From contig CDROCS010002735.1 in NCBI GenBank assembly GCA_977020255.1, positions 124,001 through 188,000 on the forward strand: 64,000 nt of DNA, in the 5' to 3' direction. Positions 39,124-48,622 of the stretch are shown piece by piece. A model generated the notes under the pieces. That model was given only the letters and a program-made list of their open reading frames with translations, ran no database searches and was not told the origin of the DNA. The position numbers and the translations under genes were made by a program. Positions within the stretch are counted from its first letter, which is position 1. The number at the start of each line of letters is the position of its first letter. The stretch is from Obrimoposthia wandeli. Taxonomy: Eukaryota.

Positions 39124-40407
39124 TTATTCGTTATGAACGCCACAGTAATTCACCATGAAAACAGCATAAGCCAACACACCCGCTAAAAACTCATCTACCC
39201 TCACCCGTTCATCAAACGTGTGACAGTTCGCAATATTGCCTGGTGCACAGTAAACCGTAGGACAATCTAATTCTTTTATTAAAAATGGCGCCTCTGACCA
39301 GTAAGGTGCCCCTTCGATTGCACCTTTACCGGGCATTACAGCGGCTAAAGCCGTTGTCAATAGAGCAATTGCGGGGGAATCTAATGCTATTTGCGAGGCC
39401 GACCCTCCGTATTTATGATCCCGCCCTGCAGGCTCGTTAATTTCAATACTGATACCTGGTGCACTGGCACTTTGTTGAATCACATTCTCCAGTTCACTCA
39501 CTGCTGTATCCAGGCTTTCACCGGGTAACAGTTTGCGAATTAAAGAAAAAGAAGCCTCACCTGGTACCGCAACAGAGCCACCTGCCTTTATTTCAGTGAC
39601 TAGCACAAATGCCCGGCCTACTAAATCATGCTCGGCTCTTTTTGATATATCTTCAGAGTGCTGCCAGATCGCCGTTAATGCTTTGTGGGCTGCCTTTAGC
39701 GCATCAACGCCTTGCTCTGGGACTCCAAAATAGGCCGATTTGCCAGTTATTTTTACATCCGCGATAAAAAATCCCATCTGTGCAGGAAACACCGCTAATT
39801 GAGTGGGCTCTACATAAACGGCAAAATCTGGCTTCGATATTTCGTTGGATAGCACTCTTTTAACGTAATCTTTTGCTCCCGCACTGACTCCAGACCCACA
39901 TTCTCCACTCTCTTCATCACCAACAAAGGCAAAAGCAACATCGCCTTTTAATTTAATACCGGCTTTTTGTATTAGCTCAATCGCTAATAAGCTGGCGCAA
40001 ATCCCGGCTTTAAGATCGCCCGTGCCACGCCCCCACATTTCGCCATCAATGATAGGTCCGCCAAAAGGGTCTTCTCGAATATCTCCTGCCCAGTGTTCAG
40101 CCCAACCTCGAACATGCACGGTATCGGTATGCCCAATAAAGAGCAGGCGCTTTGCTTGTTCTTCACCATCATCTCTTTTTTGCCCCTGCCCTTTAAGCTC
40201 TCCCCAAAGATTGGGCCTGCCGGGTAAGAAGTCTGCCGTTTTTGGTTGCAGGTTTAGTCGTTGCATTTCCTTTTGCAGAAACTCCACCACCGTTGCTTCA
40301 TTCCCCGTTACACTATTACAAGCGACGGCACCTCTAAACATCGATATAGCGCGTTGCTCGTCAAAATGTTGCTCTAATTGATGTTGCATGCTTTTATGAG
40401 TCACCAT
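39124..40407 (-). CDS. M20 family amidohydrolase (ArgE/DapE-like)
   Basis: GHTDTV, MWGRGTGDLKAG, GDEESG, YVEPT, G..AH-like segment, CHTFDE. Confidence 0.88.
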   Translation of the reverse strand: MVTHKSMQHQLEQHFDEQRAISMFRGAVACNSVTGNEATVVEFLQKEMQRLNLQPKTADFLPGRPNLWGELKGQGQKRDDGEEQAKRLLFIGHTDTVHVRGWAEHWAGDIREDPFGGPIIDGEMWGRGTGDLKAGICASLLAIELIQKAGIKLKGDVAFAFVGDEESGECGSGVSAGAKDYVKRVLSNEISKPDFAVYVEPTQLAVFPAQMGFFIADVKITGKSAYFGVPEQGVDALKAAHKALTAIWQHSEDISKRAEHDLVGRAFVLVTEIKAGGSVAVPGEASFSLIRKLLPGESLDTAVSELENVIQQSASAPGISIEINEPAGRDHKYGGSASQIALDSPAIALLTTALAAVMPGKGAIEGAPYWSEAPFLIKELDCPTVYCAPGNIANCHTFDERVRVDEFLAGVLAYAVFMVNYCGVHNE

Positions 40408-40418
40408 ATCTACCTTCC

Positions 40419-41642
40419 TTAGGCTTGTTTAATTTTTTTTAGGCTGTGTAACGGGGGTAAACGAATAACAGCGCCTGCCACACCACCGGAAAATAACAAA
40501 GCGTGTAATTGAGTCAATCCGATAACCGCACCACCTACAATCGCAGCTAAAGACCCTAAGTTAGAACCACTAATAGTGACCGGATAGGGAAAACACTGTG
40601 GCATTATTTGCTCTATACGCGTCAATAACTCGTTTCTAGCGCCTATTGACCCACCAAACACAACTTTTTCTGGATTTGTAATACTACAAATTGCTGTAAC
40701 AGCTCTGGCCAAATAGCGGGCAACCTCATCTAAAACTTGTTCAGCATGTTGATCACCACTTTGTGCAGCATCAAATATTTGCGGAACGTTAAGCAATTTA
40801 CCCGCTAATTCCTGATACCGTTTTTGTATGCCGCCAGTGGCCACCACACGTTCTAGAGCTCCTACTCTAACCGATTCCTTTTCGAAAGAATCGGCCCCTA
40901 AAGGTAAGTAACCTAGCTCCCCTGCCATATTGCTAAAACCTCGCACTAACTCACCACTGACCATAATGCCCGCGCCGATTCCAGTGCCTAATCCGATGTA
41001 AACTAAATTATCAATATTGGCACCCACACCAATCCAGTGCTCTCCTAATAAAGCTAAATTGACATCGTTTTCGAGAATCACCACCGTACCGATGGCTTTA
41101 CTCAACTGCGTTTTTACATCAATTTTATCTAGGTCTAAAATGTTTGGGGCCATTAACACATTGCCGGATTCTGCATCTGGAGCACCAGGCACCCCGACCA
41201 CTGCTATTTTAATTTTATCAAAGTTAATGTCATGGTCATCAGCAGTCTGACGACTCATGCGCGCTATCTGTGCAATAACATCGTACCCCCCAGCGGGGTC
41301 GGTAACTTCTGTTAGCTCTGCCATAATGTTACAAGCCAAGTCTGCTATTGCCACACGCACTTTTGTGCCGCCTAAATCAACCGAAATAATACAAGCAGCA
41401 TTTGGAATAATTTCATAAGTCACTGCCGTTCTACCCACATGGCCGCTAGTTCTGCCTGTTTCGCGAATCCAATTATCAGTTTCCAGTTTGCGTACTACTT
41501 CAGAGACTGTCTGTTTGGACAAGCCTGTTTGTTTTGCAATGCTGGCTCGTGAAATCGGTGCACAATGCACTATCGCTTCCATTACATTACATAAAGATAA
41601 TTGACGTAAAATGGGTAATGTTTCGCTCAAGATGTACTCCAA
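40419..41642 (-). CDS. ROK family transcriptional regulator
   Basis: N-terminal wHTH (ISRA.IA..TGLSK.TVS), VDLGGTK, ENDVN.A.LGE, GTGIGAG, GELG. Lacks the CxCG Zn motif. Confidence 0.92.
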   Translation of the reverse strand: MEYILSETLPILRQLSLCNVMEAIVHCAPISRASIAKQTGLSKQTVSEVVRKLETDNWIRETGRTSGHVGRTAVTYEIIPNAACIISVDLGGTKVRVAIADLACNIMAELTEVTDPAGGYDVIAQIARMSRQTADDHDINFDKIKIAVVGVPGAPDAESGNVLMAPNILDLDKIDVKTQLSKAIGTVVILENDVNLALLGEHWIGVGANIDNLVYIGLGTGIGAGIMVSGELVRGFSNMAGELGYLPLGADSFEKESVRVGALERVVATGGIQKRYQELAGKLLNVPQIFDAAQSGDQHAEQVLDEVARYLARAVTAICSITNPEKVVFGGSIGARNELLTRIEQIMPQCFPYPVTISGSNLGSLAAIVGGAVIGLTQLHALLFSGGVAGAVIRLPPLHSLKKIKQA

Positions 41643-42040
41643 ACTTATAATTAATTCGTCAGCCTTGCGAACATATTATTATTTGTTTATTTATTAATCA
41701 ACATAAATATTTATTAATTATGCGAGGTTTGTAAAATATAACTTTAGGAAGTTCAAATGAGGGGTGCTTGCCAATGATTTTTTATATTTATTCTATCTAT
41801 GATCTTCACCACGTTGATATACTGCTAAGGCTAGTCGTTTGCGCTTCAATTTTCCGCCTAATACTCAACACTATTCGCCAAAATGCAGATAGCTAAAAAG
41901 CAATGGAAAAAGTAGGCCTACCCTGCAATATCAAACAGACCTCTCTCTTCAAATGAGTGAGAACTAAAAGCGTAAGAGTCAATTGAAATCCGTGGAATTT
42001 TAATTGGCTTCTAAAATCAAATTACTCTTTAACAAAAGAG

Positions 42041-42688
42041 TCACTCATAACACGCATCGAAGAACTGTTTTTCTAATTTAACAGCCCGTGAAAAATAGCT
42101 TTGCGCTTCTCGTTGTTGCTCTTCATTGAGTAGTACAAATGCGTTATCTAATTGAGAGCGTAAATGTTCAATTACTGAGGAAAAGTATTCTCCGCAATGG
42201 AGATTTATCCATTCGGAAAAGTAAAAAGGCAGTTCAGAATCATAATCAGCGACAGGGCTTGCCCAGCTAAGATAAATCCATTCGGCAACACATAATACCG
42301 CAACCATATTTGCGTATGAATTACTGGCCGCAGCTTCTAGCATTAAATCTTGAAAATCTTGAGTAGGTTTCAATAATATAGGGTTGTTCTGGTGTTGCTC
42401 TGGTACTTTTAACTCATTAAATGATCGCTGAAAATAAGTATTCTCAGGGCCTGCTATAACGCCTAAAAACTGTGCTAAAGGGAGGCGATCGGCCAATGTA
42501 GGCGCATGGTATATAGCTGCTGAAGATAGGCGCACGAAATTATCGATAAAAGTATAATCTTGCACCAAATAGATGCGCATTTTAGCTAACGGCAAAGTGC
42601 CTAATGCTAATTCTTTACAAAAAGCGTGTTCACTAGCTTGCCGCCAATCATCAATACAAGCAGTTCTTAATCTATCTGTTGGGCGCAT
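42041..42688 (-). CDS. tenA: TenA family protein, TenA_E-like (no catalytic Cys motif)
   Basis: H.F..EL..GTL, YLVQDY.F, L.VAEWIYLSW instead of LPCxxxY, EWI.LH, LE..FFD. Confidence 0.8.
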   Translation of the reverse strand: MRPTDRLRTACIDDWRQASEHAFCKELALGTLPLAKMRIYLVQDYTFIDNFVRLSSAAIYHAPTLADRLPLAQFLGVIAGPENTYFQRSFNELKVPEQHQNNPILLKPTQDFQDLMLEAAASNSYANMVAVLCVAEWIYLSWASPVADYDSELPFYFSEWINLHCGEYFSSVIEHLRSQLDNAFVLLNEEQQREAQSYFSRAVKLEKQFFDACYE

Positions 42689-42702
42689 ATTTTATCCTTA
42701 GC

Positions 42703-42704
<2 letters not shown>

Positions 42705-42735
<31 letters not shown>

Positions 42736-42739
42736 GATG
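42705..42739. repeat. Heptamer tandem repeat (AATGATG) x5
   Basis: Read directly from the sequence, between the tenA start and the microprotein cassette. Confidence 0.9.
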
Positions 42740-42839
42740 AGAAAAGAGACAGCCTATATATATCATTGCGACATGCTAGTCATTTAACTAGCAAACCGGA
42801 AATCGCAATTCGCGACTCATTTTTCAATCACTATTATTT

Positions 42840-43010
42840 TTAATCATTCTTATTAATAGTTATTTCAATAGATTTACTGCTACCCGCATACCACTTCTGC
42901 ACATATAAAGAACCTATGATTGGAGCAGTTCCCTCATCTGGGACTTCCTTATAGCGAACACTGTTTTTTGTTTCTTTCTCGTATTCAAACTTTACTACTT
43001 TTTTAGACAT
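42840..43010 (-). CDS. Unannotated 56-aa microprotein, copy 2
   Basis: AGGA RBS, then MSKKVVKFEYEKETKNSVRYKEVPDEGTAPIIGSLYVQKWYAGSSKSIEITINKND*. Confidence 0.85.
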   Translation of the reverse strand: MSKKVVKFEYEKETKNSVRYKEVPDEGTAPIIGSLYVQKWYAGSSKSIEITINKND

Positions 43011-43039
43011 AGGATATTCCTGATAAACTATTCTTGTTT

Positions 43040-43071
43040 GACTAATGACTAATGACTAATGACTAATGACT
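43040..43071. repeat. Heptamer tandem repeat (GACTAAT) x4.5
   Basis: Read directly from the sequence, in the 5' leader of microprotein copy 2. Confidence 0.9.
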
Positions 43072-43384
43072 TAACGCGTATAGAGAGATAGATTTTTACA
43101 TCATCAACAAATTACCGCAATTTAACTAATCGTTTCCCAGCTATAAATTCTTAATAGCTTTTATTACTTCATTTTTTGATTGAAGGCTTAATTAGTAGCT
43201 TTACTTTTGCACAGGTATTATTGCGGGAAACAACAATGACTCTACCCCTTAAGACTATCAAGTTAATCATTGTTTTGTAAGTTATTTAAATTTATTTCAT
43301 CCCAGTATTACGACACAACAACAGCGGTATAGTTTTAAGTATGTTCATTGAAAATACTATATTTGGTTACAGCCCTATTGCACT

Positions 43385-43610
43385 TTGGATCGAAATAGCA
43401 AGAGTGTTTAACTTAGTAGCTCAGCTAGGTATTGAAATTATGCTGCCACCCTACCTGACCGATAAGGTGATTGATAAGATTAGACATATATTAATTTCAC
43501 AGTACTTTTGGGTAGGACAAATACGGCAATTTACCCCTCACATTAATCAAGATAAAACAGGCTACTTGAGAGAATAGGATGAGATTTGGTCTTTTGAAGA
43601 CTCACTTTTC
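43385..43610 (+). pseudogene. Decayed duplicate of the hipB 3' end and hipA 5' end
   Basis: IEIARVFNLVAQLGIEI matches HipB VEIARVFNLLAQLGIEL. IRQFTPHINQDKTGYLRE*DEIWSF matches HipA MRQLNVYINQDPIGCLREENDIWSF. Confidence 0.82.
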
Positions 43611-45010
43611 TATTTATTAACCACAGGTGTTTTTAAATCTAACCTATTAATAATATAAAAACAGCAAATTAGCGAAGCAACTCCAAAAACCACATTACCG
43701 ATAGCGTTACCCATGAATACACCGTCAACCCCTAAGTAATGGACGCCTATGAGTACAAAAGGCACAGTGCCAACACTCGCTTTTGCAAAATTGAATAATG
43801 TCGATATAAACGGATAACCCAAATTATTAAACGCGGCATTTGCTACGAACAAAAAGCCATAAAAGGCAAAAGCAGGTCCTATCCAAATACTGACAAAACG
43901 CATAAAATGTGCAGCATCTCCGCTAGTGTTGAACCACAGTATCAGTGTTTCAATACTCAAATAAAACATCAGAGCTGCCACCGTACAATAACTTGTCACA
44001 AAAATACAACTATCTGATAAGGTACGTTTTACCCGAGAAAAATTTTGCGCACCAAAATTTTGCGCATAAATAGGCCCCACGGCTGAAGACAACGCAAAAA
44101 TCACACCGAACACCACCGGCGTCATTCTCCCTGTTAAAGTCCAACCCGCCATATAACTTTCACCAAACTTAGCAATTTCATAAGTCATATATGCATTTGC
44201 AGAAGGTGTAGCGAGCTGAGTCGCTATTGTCGGAACCCCTATCGCAATTATTAACTTTACATTGTTCAAAAATCCGGACATTTCAAAGTCCGTAAAGAAA
44301 TCGTGTTTGGCATAAATAAAATAAAGCGCTGTGACAGCCACCGCAATACGCGCAAAAACCGAGGCCAGTGCAGCGCCTTCTATACCCATTTCTAAAACAA
44401 ATATAAATAGAGGATCTAACAGGACGTTAACCAAAGACCCACTGAGCATCGCCAACATTGATAACTTAGGTGCGCCCATCGCTCGTAATAGAGCGCCGCC
44501 TGACATAGCAACCGCTAAAAAAGGCAAGCTTGGTAAAATAATTGCTAAATATTGATCTGCATATATAAACGCATCTTGCTGTGCGCCTATTAATAAAAGT
44601 AGATCTTTCCTAAATACCCAAGTAATTGCTGCAACGACGGTTGTAAATAGGATACTAAATGCAAAGTTACTCAGTGCAAGAGACCTCGCTCGTAAGTCTT
44701 CTCTTGCACCTATCGCCTTGGCAACGGTCGCAGACATTGAAATAGAAAGTCCGATAGAAAAGCTCATGTTAAAGAACATGATACTGGCAGCAAACCCTAA
44801 GCCTGCCACGATACTTTGATTATTGAGTAACGTTAGGAAGTATAAGTCTATTAAATCTACCGCAAAAAGCGAGACTAAACCAATTGATGAAGTAACCGTT
44901 AATATCGCAACATGTTTCATAATTGATCCTTGCAAGAATTTTGCAACGACCTTCTTTTTGTTCTTTTTCAGAGGATAACCACTTAATGTAACTAATTGAA
45001 GAGATGGCAT
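43610..45010 (-). CDS. MATE family efflux transporter
   Basis: About 12 TM segments, D.YF, NV.LDPLFIF, G..GAA.A, G.P. The start may be downstream of 45010. Confidence 0.9.
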   Translation of the reverse strand: MPSLQLVTLSGYPLKKNKKKVVAKFLQGSIMKHVAILTVTSSIGLVSLFAVDLIDLYFLTLLNNQSIVAGLGFAASIMFFNMSFSIGLSISMSATVAKAIGAREDLRARSLALSNFAFSILFTTVVAAITWVFRKDLLLLIGAQQDAFIYADQYLAIILPSLPFLAVAMSGGALLRAMGAPKLSMLAMLSGSLVNVLLDPLFIFVLEMGIEGAALASVFARIAVAVTALYFIYAKHDFFTDFEMSGFLNNVKLIIAIGVPTIATQLATPSANAYMTYEIAKFGESYMAGWTLTGRMTPVVFGVIFALSSAVGPIYAQNFGAQNFSRVKRTLSDSCIFVTSYCTVAALMFYLSIETLILWFNTSGDAAHFMRFVSIWIGPAFAFYGFLFVANAAFNNLGYPFISTLFNFAKASVGTVPFVLIGVHYLGVDGVFMGNAIGNVVFGVASLICCFYIINRLDLKTPVVNK

Positions 45011-45487
45011 TTAGCATAAATGCAAAAGCAAATAGTAATTTTATGCTTTAACAATCATCATAAATAAAAAGTAAACGTATGCTAAGGAAGTAGCGCACAA
45101 GTCCCAGACGCCCCTTGCGCACAGGATAGTTTGTGATTGAAGCAATAGTTACAGGCGGGCTGGTTGCCCGGCGAAAACCATTAACAAAAAGCACGAATAA
45201 TACTTATGTATCGGAAACAAGTGCAGAGAATTCTAATCAGCAGCTTCTAAAGCTGCGAAATGATAGCTTAAATTAAAATCGAAAGCAGTAGTTATATAAA
45301 GACATTACTTTGATAACCGTTGCGTTGTTATCCGAAGACAATAAAACTTCGTGTATTTTATCAAAATTAAACAGCGGCGCTAAAAGTGCAGACTTTTATG
45401 TATTATAGCGACAGCTACGGGTGTTTTGCGCACCAAATATCTTTAAATGCTATTTGGTGTTGTAAGTGATAAAGAATCACTCAAAAG

Positions 45488-46138
45488 CTAAGGTCTTACA
45501 ACACCATGGCGTATAGCTAAATGCACAAGTTCAGAATTATTGGTCAAAGATAACTTGCGCAAAATATTGGCGCGATGGGCATGTACCGTTTTATTAGATA
45601 AGCACATGTCATCTGCAATTTCGGAAGCTTTTCGGCCATCTGCTAACAGTGAAAAAATTTGAACTTCACGCTTCGTTAGTATTTCTAAAGGGCTTGCAGG
45701 CTCGCTCCCATCAAGTTGGGTTTTCACAGTGGGCGATAAGTAGTGTTGACCGCTATTAATTATTTTCACCGCGGTGATTAGCTCTTTGGCAGGGCCCCGT
45801 TTCGTTAAAAAGCCTTTAGCCCCTGCCTTTATTACCGTACTTGGGAAAGGGGCAGTATCAAAACCAGATAAAACTAATATTTTGGCATCTTTATCAAAGG
45901 CTAGTATTCTTCTGATGGCTTCTATTCCACCATGAGTACTGTCAGAGGTGCCTGAATCAGAGGGAAGTGATAAATCCATAACCACTATATCCGGTAAGTT
46001 TTTTTTATAAGACTCATAAGCTTCACTGCTTGATTGAGCTTCAGCGGTAACATCAATATCTTTCTGGGAATCTAAAATACTTTTAAATCCAGCTCTTACC
46101 ACTTCATGATCATCAACTAATAAAACTTTAATCGTCAT
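45488..46138 (-). CDS. NarL/UvrY-type response regulator (REC + LuxR HTH), no kinase adjacent
   Basis: VLLVDDH, PDIVVMD, G..GFLTK, LTKRE.QI, S.KTV..HR.NI..KL. Confidence 0.92.
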   Translation of the reverse strand: MTIKVLLVDDHEVVRAGFKSILDSQKDIDVTAEAQSSSEAYESYKKNLPDIVVMDLSLPSDSGTSDSTHGGIEAIRRILAFDKDAKILVLSGFDTAPFPSTVIKAGAKGFLTKRGPAKELITAVKIINSGQHYLSPTVKTQLDGSEPASPLEILTKREVQIFSLLADGRKASEIADDMCLSNKTVHAHRANILRKLSLTNNSELVHLAIRHGVVRP

Positions 46139-46351
46139 AATAACTACTCAACTTTTAATCTATTTGCTTATAGCTTGTTTCATTTTTATTGCGCAACTGA
46201 AAAATAAATATCCAACCAACTAAATAGACTAAAATTAGGCCACGCTATTAAGATGATATAAACATAACGCATTTTATTATAAGTAGCTCAAAGAATATCA
46301 AAATAAGACTATTTTTCTTAGAGTCAGTACAATTAATAATCAATTTTGCAG

Positions 46352-46774
46352 CTATGCGCCTTTGTAGGTTTGGCTGGTATCAATTTCTAAGCAGTATTCC
46401 GACGCAAGATCTATATTGTCACAATTAGCAGGATAGGCGACTAATTCATCACTATATCCGATTAGTTTTATACCCTCACGCTGGCAGTGCTTCAACACTT
46501 TCTCCATGGCTTTTATAACCGCTAATTGGCGATCTGAAAACTCGGTTTCTTTATCTGCTTCTTCCCTTTTTTTACTGGTAACTTGCTGAAGCACATAATC
46601 ATCTTCATCTAATAACTGCACTGTTTTTTCCGTGAGTTTCTCATTGATTAAAACGGATTTTGCTTCATCAAACACCTCTAAACTGTAGCAATTTACCACA
46701 TCTTGTGGGGTGCACTTTATCAGTACTGATTTAATATCTTCATAAGTCGTATTATCTACTAAATCGTATTCCAT
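46352..46774 (-). CDS. Hypothetical acidic protein (140 aa)
   Basis: Open frame co-oriented with its neighbours; no family recognised. Confidence 0.65.
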   Translation of the reverse strand: MEYDLVDNTTYEDIKSVLIKCTPQDVVNCYSLEVFDEAKSVLINEKLTEKTVQLLDEDDYVLQQVTSKKREEADKETEFSDRQLAVIKAMEKVLKHCQREGIKLIGYSDELVAYPANCDNIDLASEYCLEIDTSQTYKGA

Positions 46775-46836
46775 GAACTTTCCAACATTTCCAAATTAAG
46801 GGTATATAATCAAGTATAATTTTAACTGGGGAGTGA

Positions 46837-47619
46837 TTATTGTAAATTTTCCAACTGCTCTTTCACATTATTGTATTTTGTATCTTGCTGGGCAATGACT
46901 ATTTCTAAGCGGTGTATTTGTTTTAAACTCGTTTTCTCTTGATCAAACAATTGTTGTTGCAGCATATTACAGTGGTTTTCTTTGAGCAATAGGTTTGCTT
47001 TTAAATCACTAATAATGGTTTCATTTACTTTGATGTCTATTTTCGCTTGAAAGAAATCATCTGATTGATATTGAACTTCAGCGCTTTTTACATGGGTGTC
47101 TATTATTTGTTGCTGCTTAGTTCGCCGTTGTAACTCAACGTTTTTTGCCAGCTCTCGAATAAGCTCAGCTTCCACTTCATTAATTCTTTGGTTCAAAATA
47201 TTTTTCTGTTCAAATAGCTTTTCATTCGTTTCTAGTAGCCTATTATTTTGTTGCTGCATCGATAATAGATTATTTTGTGCCGCTATTAACTTATTGCTAC
47301 CAACATGATTTTGCTCTTCTAACTTTGTTTCTATTTCAAGGCGCTGCTCATCTAGCGCAGCGTGTGAATACTGTAAAGCTTGATCCCACAATTTTGAAGC
47401 GGCTGTTATCACAGGATCGGGCAATCCAGGATGCTCGTTCTGTCTAGTTAAACGCTCAGATAAGTTCGACCACCAATAATTTAGCGCATGATTTATAGTA
47501 GTAATACTGCCAGTGCCTATCAATTCGCGTATCGCTTGCTGGGTAGGCCTTTGCCCACGGGATAACAGCTCATCTGCGGCGAGTTGTACTTTATCAGAAG
47601 TTTCAGATCTTTTAGGCAT
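46837..47619 (-). CDS. KfrA/TnpT-like DNA-binding protein with coiled-coil tail
   Basis: V..AAD.LL..G.RPT...IR..IGTGS..TI...L..WW N-terminus followed by heptad-rich Q/E/K helices. Confidence 0.8.
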   Translation of the reverse strand: MPKRSETSDKVQLAADELLSRGQRPTQQAIRELIGTGSITTINHALNYWWSNLSERLTRQNEHPGLPDPVITAASKLWDQALQYSHAALDEQRLEIETKLEEQNHVGSNKLIAAQNNLLSMQQQNNRLLETNEKLFEQKNILNQRINEVEAELIRELAKNVELQRRTKQQQIIDTHVKSAEVQYQSDDFFQAKIDIKVNETIISDLKANLLLKENHCNMLQQQLFDQEKTSLKQIHRLEIVIAQQDTKYNNVKEQLENLQ

Positions 47620-47950
47620 TCGATGTACTACTTTGATTTTATTTAACTTAAGTACTTATATACTACATTTATAACACACTGAGGTATGAAGTTTCCAAAT
47701 AATGAGTGGCTTATCAGTGTTTAGTACCACTTTAAAAGTAAAAGTAACAATCACTGCATTGAACATCCTGTAAAAAACAAACTTTAGCCCTTGATGTCCT
47801 TTATCACTTTCGTTTGTTAATCCATGCATGTTTCTAAAAGAGACTAGTTTATAACAATACTAAAGTTTACAATTCCCGCTTTGAAGCAGCAGATCGCCAA
47901 ACAACGAATTTAAACGGTGTTTTTTAATTATTTGCAAGGAAACCATTATT

Positions 47951-48622
47951 TTGAATAACTGTAAATTGATCATTTTTGACTGGGATGGAACCATTATGGA
48001 TTCGTCTGCTCGAATTGTATCAAGCATGCAAAACGCTAGTAAGAGCCTATCGCTATGTGTTCCTAGTGCATTGGCTGTGCGCAACATTATTGGTTTATCA
48101 TTAGATGTGGCAATACCGCTAATTTTACCCAATATTAGTGACGCAGATGTTAAACGATTAACACAAGCATATTCCAAGCACTATGTAGAGCTTGACCAAA
48201 CCCCGACGTATTTGTATGAAGGTGTTGTAGAAACGCTCACCAGTTTAAAAAATAGAGGTTATATGTTGGGCGTAGCAACTGGAAAAAGCCGTAAAGGCTT
48301 AGATAGAGTGCTTGCACAAACCCAGCTTGATAGGCTAATTGATATTCCCAAAGGAGCTGATGAAGCAAACTCAAAGCCAGATCCTTTAATGTTAATGCAA
48401 ATTTTGCAGCAAGCTGATATTAAAGTGCACGATGCAATCATGATTGGTGATACCAGTTACGATTTAGAAATGGCGCAACGCGCAAAAATGCCCAGTATCG
48501 GGGTTAGTTATGGCATGCATGAAGCACAATTATTAAATCAATATAACCCTTTAGTAATCGTCGACAGATTTCCTCAAATTGAAGAATGGTTAGTTAGTAA
48601 ATCGGAGAGTAAAAGTGAGTAA
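47951..48622 (+). CDS. HAD-IA hydrolase (phosphoglycolate phosphatase-like)
   Basis: FDWDGTIMDS, VATGKSR.GL, SKPDP.ML, MIGDT.YD.EMA. Confidence 0.92.
   Translation: MNNCKLIIFDWDGTIMDSSARIVSSMQNASKSLSLCVPSALAVRNIIGLSLDVAIPLILPNISDADVKRLTQAYSKHYVELDQTPTYLYEGVVETLTSLKNRGYMLGVATGKSRKGLDRVLAQTQLDRLIDIPKGADEANSKPDPLMLMQILQQADIKVHDAIMIGDTSYDLEMAQRAKMPSIGVSYGMHEAQLLNQYNPLVIVDRFPQIEEWLVSKSESKSE

Noticed and set aside
42690-42840. TPP riboswitch upstream of tenA
   Set aside because: No conserved CTGAGA or GAACCTGAT..G.TAAT core was found; the region is heptamer repeat and cassette flank.
43341-43577. 78-aa ORF as an intact gene
   Set aside because: It is an accidental fusion of hipB and hipA relic sequence.
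45095-45185. GC-richer stretch upstream of the MATE gene, possible cobalamin or other riboswitch
   Set aside because: Only a fragmentary GCCCGC-CTGTAA resemblance; other conserved elements are missing. An Rfam scan would be needed.
47641-47668. dif-like site upstream of the KfrA-like gene
   Set aside because: ATTTAACTTAA matches a XerD arm, but the XerC arm and the 6-bp spacer do not fit, and there is no recombinase nearby.
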